From a virus (Duplodnaviria; Caudoviricetes), in the IMG/VR virus record IMGVR_UViG_3300049892_000014, positions 40,913-104,912 of that record: a DNA stretch of 64,000 nucleotides; one strand, given 5' to 3'. How positions within the stretch are numbered: position 1 is the stretch's first letter; each line of letters begins with the position of its first letter. Positions 29,893 to 37,683 of this stretch are shown piece by piece. The position numbers were made by a program, and so were the translations under genes. The notes beneath the pieces were generated by a model. That model was not told the origin of the DNA and did no database searches. It worked only from the letters and a program-made list of their open reading frames with translations.

Positions 29893-29967
29893 TGCGGGGT
29901 AGAGTACTGGTAACTCAGTAGCCTCATAAGCTACCTTATGTCGGTTCAAATCCGGCCCCCGCAACCA
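29893..29967 (+). tRNA. tRNA-Met(CAT), initiator-like body
   Basis: cloverleaf; loop CTCATAA; GTCGGTTCAAATCCGGCCCCCGCAACCA. Confidence 0.92.
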
Positions 29968-29972
29968 AACTT

Positions 29973-30200
29973 ATGGGTGTATATGATATTGAGATGGGAG
30001 TTGGCCCTCTAATGGAGTATATAATATTAGGAGCGCTTGACGGGTCAAAGAGACTAGAGGCTCAGGAGATAATGTCATACGTTCTATATAGCATGTTTCA
30101 TGGCGACCACATTCAGGCTGAAGACTGGTTTAAAACACATAACAGGGCTGACTATGAGAATGTCAGGCTCATGAGATCGTTGAGTAGACATGCCAATTAA
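29973..30200 (+). CDS. hypothetical protein with shared C-terminal helix
   Basis: ends NRADYENVRLMRSLSR. Confidence 0.6.
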   Translation: MGVYDIEMGVGPLMEYIILGALDGSKRLEAQEIMSYVLYSMFHGDHIQAEDWFKTHNRADYENVRLMRSLSRHAN

Positions 30201-30555
30201 ATTACCGACAGTTGGATGGCACGACGTAAACACCAAGGAAATAATCCTTCGTGATAAGGGTGCGGTTACCTACCTGCCGTATGCTGTCTTTAAAAATGTG
30301 AAAGAGGTATGGCCTGATAGCGCAACTTACGCAATAGTAAATCGGTACGGGGAAACGCAGGGCCAACTATGGTTTACCCCTATAGATCTTGGCGATAATG
30401 TAAAGCTTAGCATGGAAACTTTTTGCCAGATGGTCCAGGATCAACAAGGTGGAACCGAATACAGCAGAGACGATTTAATCGGTTATCTGAAAGCCCTCCT
30501 GGAAGCAGATGTGGAGCTTTATAAATTAATGGTGAAAATGGGAAAATGGGATTGA
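30190..30555 (+). CDS. hypothetical protein with shared C-terminal helix
   Basis: ends LEADVELYKLMVKMGK. Confidence 0.65.
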   Translation: MPIKLPTVGWHDVNTKEIILRDKGAVTYLPYAVFKNVKEVWPDSATYAIVNRYGETQGQLWFTPIDLGDNVKLSMETFCQMVQDQQGGTEYSRDDLIGYLKALLEADVELYKLMVKMGKWD

Positions 30556-30580
30556 CAAGCTAATTTGACTGTGCTACTAT
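30552..30580 (+). promoter_or_regulatory. sigma70-type promoter
   Basis: TTGACA-17-TACTAT with TG extension. Confidence 0.75.
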
Positions 30581-30601
30581 TCTTTTTGTGGAGGGAAAGA
30601 T

Positions 30602-30976
30602 ATGTGGCTGATGACGAAATACGGATTTTATTCTATAGTACAAAAACGACCTGGCATATATCATGTAAGGGCTAGGGAGGTGCATGACTTGTATCACCTA
30701 ATAGACTTCGTCCCTCTTCCAGGAAGAGAGGTTAGATTTACCGGTACTAATGATTATCTAGCCAGGCTGATTCTAAACAAGGAAGAGCTTGATAGAGTAA
30801 TGACTTTCCTTAGCAATAACATTGATTACGACAACTTTAAAGATAAGATAGATAAGACTCCAGAGCAGAGACGCAAACCATACCACAAGATCTGGCAAGT
30901 ATTAGCAGATGCTTTGGGAGCGTATGGTATGCCGCCTAAAAAAAATGGGGGTGAGAAAGTTTCGACAGCCGGATAA
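30602..30976 (+). CDS. conserved hypothetical protein
   Basis: MWL.TKYGFYSIV, VRAR, DY..R, IDYDNFK; GGAGG RBS. Confidence 0.7.
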   Translation: MWLMTKYGFYSIVQKRPGIYHVRAREVHDLYHLIDFVPLPGREVRFTGTNDYLARLILNKEELDRVMTFLSNNIDYDNFKDKIDKTPEQRRKPYHKIWQVLADALGAYGMPPKKNGGEKVSTAG

Positions 30977-31029
30977 GTCCCTGCGGGGAACCTGGCTGGA
31001 CCTGGGAGCGTTACCCAGCACCTCCACCA
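30947..31029 (+). ncRNA. minimal tmRNA-like RNA (tRNA-like domain only, no tag ORF)
   Basis: GGGGGTG/CACCTCC acceptor with G3-U70, A73, CCA; stemless D loop ending TTCGA; P2a CAGCCGG/CTGGCTG; GAC linker; T arm. Confidence 0.8.
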
Positions 31030-31045
31030 AACTTAAGGAGATATT

Positions 31046-31663
31046 ATGAAGTATAGTTCATTTCTAAGATTTTTATTAGGTTTAGGACTAGTGATACTTG
31101 CGGTCGGATTATTCGCTACGACTACGGACTATGTAGCTAAATATCTTTATGAAAAGTCTAGACCTATACCTATCTCTAAAACGTCTTCCATGATAGATGA
31201 GGATGTATTAAAGGGTTTCACTCAGGATGGTAATGATATAGTTTATGATCGGCTTGCGGATGAGATAATCGTTGCCTCTAAGAAGTCGGGCGAGAAGTAC
31301 AATATCCCACCAATACTGATACTCTCAGTAATGCAAGCCGAGTCTTCCTTCAACCTGAACGCATTCAGCAAGGAAAAAGCTAAGGGATTGATGCAGATTA
31401 ACACGGCTGTTTGGGGAGATCAGTTGCGTAAGGCTGGTATAATAAGTAAGGACTCAGATATCTATGATCCTCAGAATAATATTGAGGCAGGATGCTTTAT
31501 ACTGCGTCAGTACATTGACGAGACTAAAGACTTTGAGAAGGCGATGAATAAGTATTTAGGCGCTTACTATAAACCATATATTGACAAGATCGGTCGAAAT
31601 GTGGGAGATATATGTATGAAAAATATTTCCAAGAGGATTGACGCAACGTATAAAATAAAATAG
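31046..31663 (+). CDS. lytic transglycosylase (SLT) with N-terminal membrane anchor
   Basis: QAESSFN, AKGLMQI, YDPQNNIEAG; N-terminal hydrophobic helix. Confidence 0.88.
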   Translation: MKYSSFLRFLLGLGLVILAVGLFATTTDYVAKYLYEKSRPIPISKTSSMIDEDVLKGFTQDGNDIVYDRLADEIIVASKKSGEKYNIPPILILSVMQAESSFNLNAFSKEKAKGLMQINTAVWGDQLRKAGIISKDSDIYDPQNNIEAGCFILRQYIDETKDFEKAMNKYLGAYYKPYIDKIGRNVGDICMKNISKRIDATYKIK

Positions 31664-31671
31664 GAGGGGTT

Positions 31672-32052
31672 ATGAAAGTAGCTATCGTAGGATCTCGACG
31701 CAGGATGGATAAAGAGTCAGTCGTAGCTTATGTTAATACCCTACCGGAAGGAACGGTTGTTGTCAGCGGTGGATGTGAAGGAGTGGATACCTGGGCCATA
31801 GATCGGGCTAAAGAACTAGGATTGAAGTGGAAGATCTTCTTTCCTGACTTTAAGGGTGCGAAGACTTATGGCGATTTGTGCAAGCGTTACTATGCACGTA
31901 ACGAAGAAGTAGTGAAATTTTCTGACGTTATAGTTGCCTTCGTTTCCGACGACCGAAAGGGAGGAACCGAGAACACGATCAAATGGGCAAAAAAATACGG
32001 GAAACCAGTTATTATAATGAAGGAAGAAAAAGATGCCGTGGCAAGCAACTAA
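31672..32052 (+). CDS. SLOG/DprA-like Rossmann protein
   Basis: AIVGSR, VSGGCEGVD, YYARN, GGTENTI. Confidence 0.8.
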   Translation: MKVAIVGSRRRMDKESVVAYVNTLPEGTVVVSGGCEGVDTWAIDRAKELGLKWKIFFPDFKGAKTYGDLCKRYYARNEEVVKFSDVIVAFVSDDRKGGTENTIKWAKKYGKPVIIMKEEKDAVASN

Positions 32053-32195
32053 TAGTTATGTTAACCCGTTTCCAAATTGACATATATGCGGACTCCCAGT
32101 TTGGGTTGGAGATAGGGTTGTCAAGCAAAATGGGCCGCACACGCTATGTAGCGAGAATGAATTAAGCGTTACATTGAAACGATTGGAGAGAGAAC

Positions 32196-32546
32196 TTGAA
32201 GAACCTACTATTCAGCCTAACAGCTAAAGACTTTGAGTTCCAAACCTTCTGCACCGGAGGAAATGGTGGGCAGCATCGCAATGCTAAGCAGAACGGTGTT
32301 AGATGTATTCATCCAGATTCAGGAGCTAGAGCCGAGCATAGAGATGGACGTGACCAGAGAAAGAATAAGCAAGAGGCGTTTAGAAAGTGTTGTGAAACGC
32401 CTACTTTTAAGATATGGCACAAGCTTGAAGTTGCTAAAAGGCTCAGGCAACCAATACAAAAAACAGAAGAAGAAATTCAGAGATACGTAAACGAGCAGAT
32501 GCAAGAAGGGAATTTAAAAATTGAAGAACTTGAAATTTCAGTTTGA
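32196..32546 (+). CDS. GGQ release-factor-like peptidyl-tRNA hydrolase domain protein
   Basis: GGNGGQHRN, VRCIH..SG, RDQRKNK..A; domain 3 only. Confidence 0.85.
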   Translation: MKNLLFSLTAKDFEFQTFCTGGNGGQHRNAKQNGVRCIHPDSGARAEHRDGRDQRKNKQEAFRKCCETPTFKIWHKLEVAKRLRQPIQKTEEEIQRYVNEQMQEGNLKIEELEISV

Positions 32547-33120
32547 GGCACCGAAGAAATTCGATCCTTTTATAATTGATGTAGAAACTCAGAAGCTTTC
32601 AAACGAAGTAGAGGGTGGATGGAAGTCTATTGACCAGTTCTTGGTTTCCGTATCTGTATCCTGGGATAAAGCTAACGGCACTAGAGTATGGTATGAAGAA
32701 GATACTATCAGGCTGATTGAGGAAGCGAAGAAGCATTATCCCATTGTTTCTTTTAATGGAGAGGGCTTTGACTTCATAGTCCTGAGCCATTACGGGGATG
32801 TAAATCCCCTTTATCAGTCGAGCGTGGACCTGTTGAAAATTTCTAAAAAAATTTTAGGGTTCCGCATCAAACTGGATTCCTTAGCTCAGGCCACCCTTGG
32901 GTCTGAGAAGACTGCTGATGGATTGCAGGCTGTAGCGTGGTGGAGGTCTGGAGATCCAGAATTAAGGCAGAAGGTAGTTGATTACTGTAAGTCTGACGCA
33001 GAGATTACCAGGGATATATATCAATACGCTATTGATAATGGGCATCTTCATTGCACCGACTTACAGGGTGGGAAGTTTAAGTATAACATTAGCAAATCGG
33101 TCCTTGGTGTAACGGAATAG
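32521..33120 (+). CDS. RNase H-like DEDD 3'-5' exonuclease
   Basis: DVET, SFNGEGFD, LDSLA, YCKSD. Confidence 0.8.
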   Translation: MKNLKFQFEAPKKFDPFIIDVETQKLSNEVEGGWKSIDQFLVSVSVSWDKANGTRVWYEEDTIRLIEEAKKHYPIVSFNGEGFDFIVLSHYGDVNPLYQSSVDLLKISKKILGFRIKLDSLAQATLGSEKTADGLQAVAWWRSGDPELRQKVVDYCKSDAEITRDIYQYAIDNGHLHCTDLQGGKFKYNISKSVLGVTE

Positions 33121-33174
33121 CACAGCAGTCTCCAAAACTGCAAGGTCTAGGTTCAAATCCTAGAGGGCTGGCCA
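33098..33174 (+). tRNA. tRNA-Trp(CCA)
   Basis: cloverleaf, loop CTCCAAA, TTCAAAT T loop, CCA. Confidence 0.9.
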
Positions 33175-33179
33175 AATTC

Positions 33180-33264
33180 GATGACGTAGTTATAATCCTT
33201 CGGGTAGTTAGAACGCCACCATTAGGGGGTGGTAGTGCTGATAAAAACGCAGCCGTCATCATCA
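33180..33264 (+). ncRNA. atypical tRNA-like element (TAG anticodon)
   Basis: perfect GATGACG/CGTCATC acceptor and CCACC/GGTGG anticodon stem; non-canonical D and T loops; ends ATCA. Confidence 0.6.
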
Positions 33265-33334
33265 ATTTTATGCCATAGCGTGATCTACAGGAGGTACATG
33301 CGCACTCCAGCGATACGGGGCGCTATGGTTTTAT

Positions 33335-33412
33335 CGGGGTGTGGCCAAATTGGTTTAAGGCTCTTGATTTGGAATCAAGGAACTGGAGGTTCGAGTCCTC
33401 CCGCCCCGACCA
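33335..33412 (+). tRNA. tRNA-Pro(TGG)
   Basis: cloverleaf, loop TTTGGAA, CCA. Confidence 0.92.
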
Positions 33413-33428
33413 AACTTATGGGGGAGAT

Positions 33429-33938
33429 ATGCTACAAGGGAAGGTTAAATTCGGCGTGGTGGAGTCTGGTATTTATTCTATTTATTCCATCATTAAAGAC
33501 GTAGTATCGCTTCTTGATAACAGGAAGGATAACTATGGTCTTACATCAAACCAAATAACACAGGGAATTATGGGGGCGGGAGCAGAGGGCGCTGTGCATA
33601 AAAGAATGGGTCTATATTTTCCATTTCCCATTAATGTCTTTAAAAGCCAACCTGATTGCATACCGTTAAGTGCAGATATTAGATGGACAGGAAGCCAGGC
33701 GATTATTATTAGACCAGGAGATGCAGATCGGTGGATGATCGGAGTTAGTGGTGGACCGAGAGAGTGGACTATACATGGAGCAATTAATGTTGTTGATGTT
33801 AAGAAGCTCCCTAAAGATAGTCAGCATTTTTGGTATGCGCCTGACAAAAGTAGGCCTGGATGCTGGAATATACCATTTAAGTATTTTAGGGAAATAGGGG
33901 ATGTGAGCTATTTAAATGAAAGAGAATTCCGTCAATGA
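33429..33938 (+). CDS. hypothetical protein, possibly PD-(D/E)xK-like nuclease
   Basis: GAGAEGAV...PD...DIRWT; GGAG RBS. Confidence 0.5.
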   Translation: MLQGKVKFGVVESGIYSIYSIIKDVVSLLDNRKDNYGLTSNQITQGIMGAGAEGAVHKRMGLYFPFPINVFKSQPDCIPLSADIRWTGSQAIIIRPGDADRWMIGVSGGPREWTIHGAINVVDVKKLPKDSQHFWYAPDKSRPGCWNIPFKYFREIGDVSYLNEREFRQ

Positions 33939-34335
33939 GGCGAGTATGAAAAAGAAAAATAAAGAATCCGGCCCAGTCTACTGTATAGAGTATAGCTATC
34001 AAACCGGTGATTCATTCCATACTGAAGATAGGCGTGATACTCTGGAATATGAATGGCACGACTACGACATAGCCAAGGAAGCGCTCACTCGTATCAATGA
34101 GCATTATAAATGGTACGAAGGCAAAGAGAGGTCATACGCTCCAAAGGTGAAGAAGCCAAAGTGGCATAAGATTAATACGGAGTCTATGAAGTGGTTTCAT
34201 GAGGATTCTATGCACAATCTCATTAATCTTAGAATGGATGACGGTCAAGAGGTTCAATTTTGGCCACCATGGTGCGGATACTTTGAATCTTTATATGGTG
34301 CGGAAATCGTACTAAAGCACGATAAGTTTAGATAT

Positions 34336-34415
34336 TGAGGGATAGCTTAGGCCTTGGTAAAAGCGCCGGTCTGTTAAACCGGAAATCGCAGGTTCGACTC
34401 CTGCTCCCTCAGCCA
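34336..34415 (+). tRNA. tRNA-Asn(GTT)
   Basis: cloverleaf, loop CTGTTAA, G73, CCA. Confidence 0.93.
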
Positions 34416-34421
34416 ATTTAC

Positions 34422-34496
34422 GGGTAGGTAGCTTAATGGCTAAAGCCCTGGACTGTGAATTCAGCTATCTGGGTTCGACTCCCAGCCTTCCCTCCA
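34422..34496 (+). tRNA. tRNA-His(GTG)
   Basis: cloverleaf, loop CTGTGAA, CCA. Confidence 0.88.
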
Positions 34497-34504
34497 TTTA
34501 ATAC

Positions 34505-34592
34505 GCCGACGCTGAGGAGATGGCGAGCCTCGCTTGACTGTAAATCAAGTCGCCTTCGGGCGTTGTAGGTTCGACTCCTACCGGCGGCACCA
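34505..34592 (+). tRNA. tRNA-Tyr(GTA)
   Basis: loop CTGTAAA, long variable arm, CCA. Confidence 0.9.
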
Positions 34593-34600
34593 AATTTTAT

Positions 34601-34674
34601 TGGTGGTTAGCCTAATGGCAAGGCAGCGGGCCTTGAACCCGCTTAAATAGGTTCGATTCCTATACCATCTACCA
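34601..34674 (+). tRNA. tRNA with TTG (Gln) anticodon, atypical identity elements
   Basis: cloverleaf, loop CCTTGAA, CCA. Confidence 0.85.
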
Positions 34675-34675
34675 A

Positions 34676-34759
34676 GCCGAAGTGGTGGAATGGCAGACAC
34701 GCCGGTCTTAGAAACCGGTCCCTTAAGGGGTGGGGGTTCAAGTCCCTCCTTCGGTACCA
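34676..34759 (+). tRNA. tRNA-Leu(TAG)
   Basis: loop CTTAGAA, long variable arm, CCA. Confidence 0.93.
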
Positions 34760-35306
34760 ATATATAACAAGGAGATCGCATGGCAGAAATTAATAAGTGG
34801 TACGAAAGTTTAGGTGCAGACTATTACTCTAACTCAGTAGGCGAGATTGAGTGGCAGTATATAGGGGGAGTTGCTATTCCGTATGGGGTGACTCGTTTTA
34901 TAGAGTTTACCGGTAAAGGAGATCCTACTCCGGAAGATCTTGCTGAGATCCAAGATAAAGCTTTGGGTATTGAGGCTCCATATAATTACACTGAAGTAGT
35001 GGCTAATGCCCTTAAGTGCTATGTGAATATTGTGGTATGGCGCAAGCGTCTAGATACTTTCTGGGTCTTTAGTAATAGACATGAGGAATGGGTTAAGTTC
35101 GCAGAGGCGGAGTATCGTAATTACGTAATTAAGAAAACTAAACTACCAGTTGCTCTTGATTATGAGGATATGCTGAAGAAGCGATCAGAAAAATATGCCA
35201 ATAAGCCTACTCCTAAAAACCGTCCAAGCTTATCTTTGCACGTAGATCGAATACGCAAGCGTGATAAAACAGAGGGTAATGGTCCAGATCCAGTTAAATA
35301 GAATAT

Positions 35307-35393
35307 GCGATTGTGGTGAAATTGGCAGACACAGCGGACTTAAAATCCGCTGCCTTAACGGGCGTGAGAGTTCAAGTCTCTCCTTTCGCACCA
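35307..35393 (+). tRNA. tRNA-Leu(TAA)
   Basis: loop CTTAAAA, long variable arm, CCA. Confidence 0.92.
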
Positions 35394-35447
35394 TCCGCTT
35401 TCGCAGGTGAGCGATATCACCTGCTTCTTCCTTCCTAATAAAAACCC

Positions 35448-35476
35448 TTGACAATCTAATTTGATTCTGCCATATT
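35448..35476 (+). promoter_or_regulatory. sigma70-type promoter
   Basis: TTGACA-17-CATATT with TG extension. Confidence 0.65.
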
Positions 35477-35759
35477 GTTTACGGAGGTAATAACCATGAA
35501 CAAAGAAATGCCAGATGAAGTATATGTACAGCGTTACCATTGGGAATACGGTCCGGAGCAGAATATAGAAGATGATGATTATTTGATTGTCTCAGAAACT
35601 AAGGACGATCTTTTCGACCAGGATCTTGGACACAATCAAGCCGGTGTCGTTGTTGGAATCTATAAGCTGCAACGTGTCGTTGAAATGACCAAGACAATTC
35701 GCCAGCCTTTATATAAAGAGAGGCCGGTTAGTGTCGCTAAAAAAATAAAAAAATAAGTA

Positions 35760-35788
35760 TTGACATTCTTAAATGAATGATGTAGGAT
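35760..35788 (+). promoter_or_regulatory. sigma70-type promoter, likely leaderless rnl1 mRNA
   Basis: TTGACA-17-TAGGAT, ATG 6 nt downstream, no SD. Confidence 0.6.
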
Positions 35789-35794
35789 TCATTT

Positions 35795-36904
35795 ATGGCA
35801 AACGTAAAAGATGTTTTTTCGATAGAAGCTCTTGACGAACAAATAGAGCGTGGATTTGTGTCCAAACGTAAACATCCAGATCTCCCACTGTATATATATA
35901 ACTATACCCAGGAGGCTACGTTTGCCAATGAATGGAATGAAGTCACTATGACTTGTAGGGGGTTGATATTAGATGGAGACTATAATATTATCGCTCGTCC
36001 TTTTAGGAAGTTTTTTAATCTGGAAACTGCTGGCCTTCCTGAGACGCAAATTAACAACCTTCCTAGGGACGTTAAACAAACTATAACCGAGAAGATGGAT
36101 GGTTCTCTTGGAATTCTTTGGAGATATAAAGGCCACGAAGGCATAGCGACTAGAGGTTCCTTTACCTCTGAGCAGGCGATATGGGCAACGAATCATTGGC
36201 GTACATTAATGTTTTTAAGATGGCACTTTGCATTCGACCGTGATACCACTCCTTTGTTCGAGATTATATATCCAGAGAATCGCATCGTTGTTGACTATAA
36301 GGGTGACAAGAAGCTTGTTCTGCTAGGAATTGTGAATAATGCAGATGGAACCGAATATTCCTATGACGAACTTAAATCCACTGGATATCCCAATGTAGTC
36401 ACGGTCTATGAAGGTAAATCTCTTTCCGATTGCGTATCTCAAGCTGAGACGGATTTACCTCTTAATAGGGAGGGGTATGTTGTAAGCTATGATACTAAGC
36501 CAATGCCCCTTCGTATTAAAATTAAGTTTGACGAGTACCTCAGATTACATAGGCTTATCTTCAGCTTAAATGATCGGGTCATCTGGGAATCTGTTAGCCA
36601 AGGCATTAATCCTAATGCTAATCTCGACTATGCTCCAGATGAAATCAGAGCATGGATAAAGAAATACACTCAGAAGTTTCTAAGTGAGTGCGAGAGAATT
36701 GCGTACACTGCCGAGGACGTGTTTAACCGGAGACCACGCAATGTCAGTAGGAAGGAAATTGCACAATGGTTTAGTATGTATCCAGAAGTAAAGAGTTCTT
36801 GCTTTGCGATGCTGGATAATAAAGATTACTTTCCTATCATATGGAAGATGCTTCGACCAAAACATGCAACACCTTTTAGGAGGGATGTGCCTGATGGAGA
36901 ATAA
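35795..36904 (+). CDS. RNA ligase 1 (T4 Rnl1-like)
   Basis: CRGLI, ARPFRKFFN, TEKMDGSLG, ATRGSF, FEII, EGYV, KIK. Confidence 0.9.
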   Translation: MANVKDVFSIEALDEQIERGFVSKRKHPDLPLYIYNYTQEATFANEWNEVTMTCRGLILDGDYNIIARPFRKFFNLETAGLPETQINNLPRDVKQTITEKMDGSLGILWRYKGHEGIATRGSFTSEQAIWATNHWRTLMFLRWHFAFDRDTTPLFEIIYPENRIVVDYKGDKKLVLLGIVNNADGTEYSYDELKSTGYPNVVTVYEGKSLSDCVSQAETDLPLNREGYVVSYDTKPMPLRIKIKFDEYLRLHRLIFSLNDRVIWESVSQGINPNANLDYAPDEIRAWIKKYTQKFLSECERIAYTAEDVFNRRPRNVSRKEIAQWFSMYPEVKSSCFAMLDNKDYFPIIWKMLRPKHATPFRRDVPDGE

Positions 36905-37089
36905 GTGGGTACCAGAACAAGCAGAAGACGGAGATAAGATCCTGTGTATGATGTGCGGAAAGACGCATATCTTATTTCAGGGAAGTATGAATGGTGCCAG
37001 GGTTGGGGATGGAGTCTTGTTTTATAAGTGTGGCTCAAGAACCTACATTGGATCAATTAACAAAAAGACAGCATTTGGGGTGACGTATC

Positions 37090-37683
37090 ATGACTAATTA
37101 CGATCCAAGAGAGTGCCAGGGAGATTGGATACAGACAAAGAGCAGGACTAAGGTACATCTACTTAATCCGTCTATTGACGAGATTAAAATAGAAGACATA
37201 GCTCACGCCTTATCTAATCTATGCAGATGGAATGGTCACACGCTACAATTCTACTCAGTGGCACAGCATAGCATATTAGTAAGCAGACACTGTGAACCAG
37301 TTAATGCTTTGTGGGGATTACTCCATGATGCGACAGAGGCATACCTTGGAGATATGGTAAGGCCTTTAAAGCTATCAGGCGAGATGAATGGATACGTTGT
37401 TGCTGAGAAGAGAATGATGGACTGTATCTGTGATAAGTTTGGGTTGCCGTATGATATGCCTGCCGATGTTAAGGTGGCAGATAATCGAATACTGCAAACC
37501 GAGGCGGAGCAGTTAATCAGTCCACTCGTAGACATGAAATGGGAGATATCAACCCCATATGAACTAATCATAGAACCGCTCCACCCACGTGTGGCTAGGG
37601 TTCTTTTTCTTGAACGCTTTTACGAACTTGGAGGTAAGACTGATGAAGTACTCTGTACAGGGATTGAACAAGTTGCAAGCTGA
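37090..37683 (+). CDS. HD-domain deoxynucleotide phosphohydrolase (YfbR-like)
   Basis: DIAHAL..LCRWNGH, YSVAQHS, LLHDATEAYLGD. Confidence 0.88.
   Translation: MTNYDPRECQGDWIQTKSRTKVHLLNPSIDEIKIEDIAHALSNLCRWNGHTLQFYSVAQHSILVSRHCEPVNALWGLLHDATEAYLGDMVRPLKLSGEMNGYVVAEKRMMDCICDKFGLPYDMPADVKVADNRILQTEAEQLISPLVDMKWEISTPYELIIEPLHPRVARVLFLERFYELGGKTDEVLCTGIEQVAS

Noticed and set aside
33229-35540. ORFs 33229-33504, 34578-34781, 35230-35454, 35355-35540 and the first 30 codons of 33339
   Set aside because: They overlap tRNA genes
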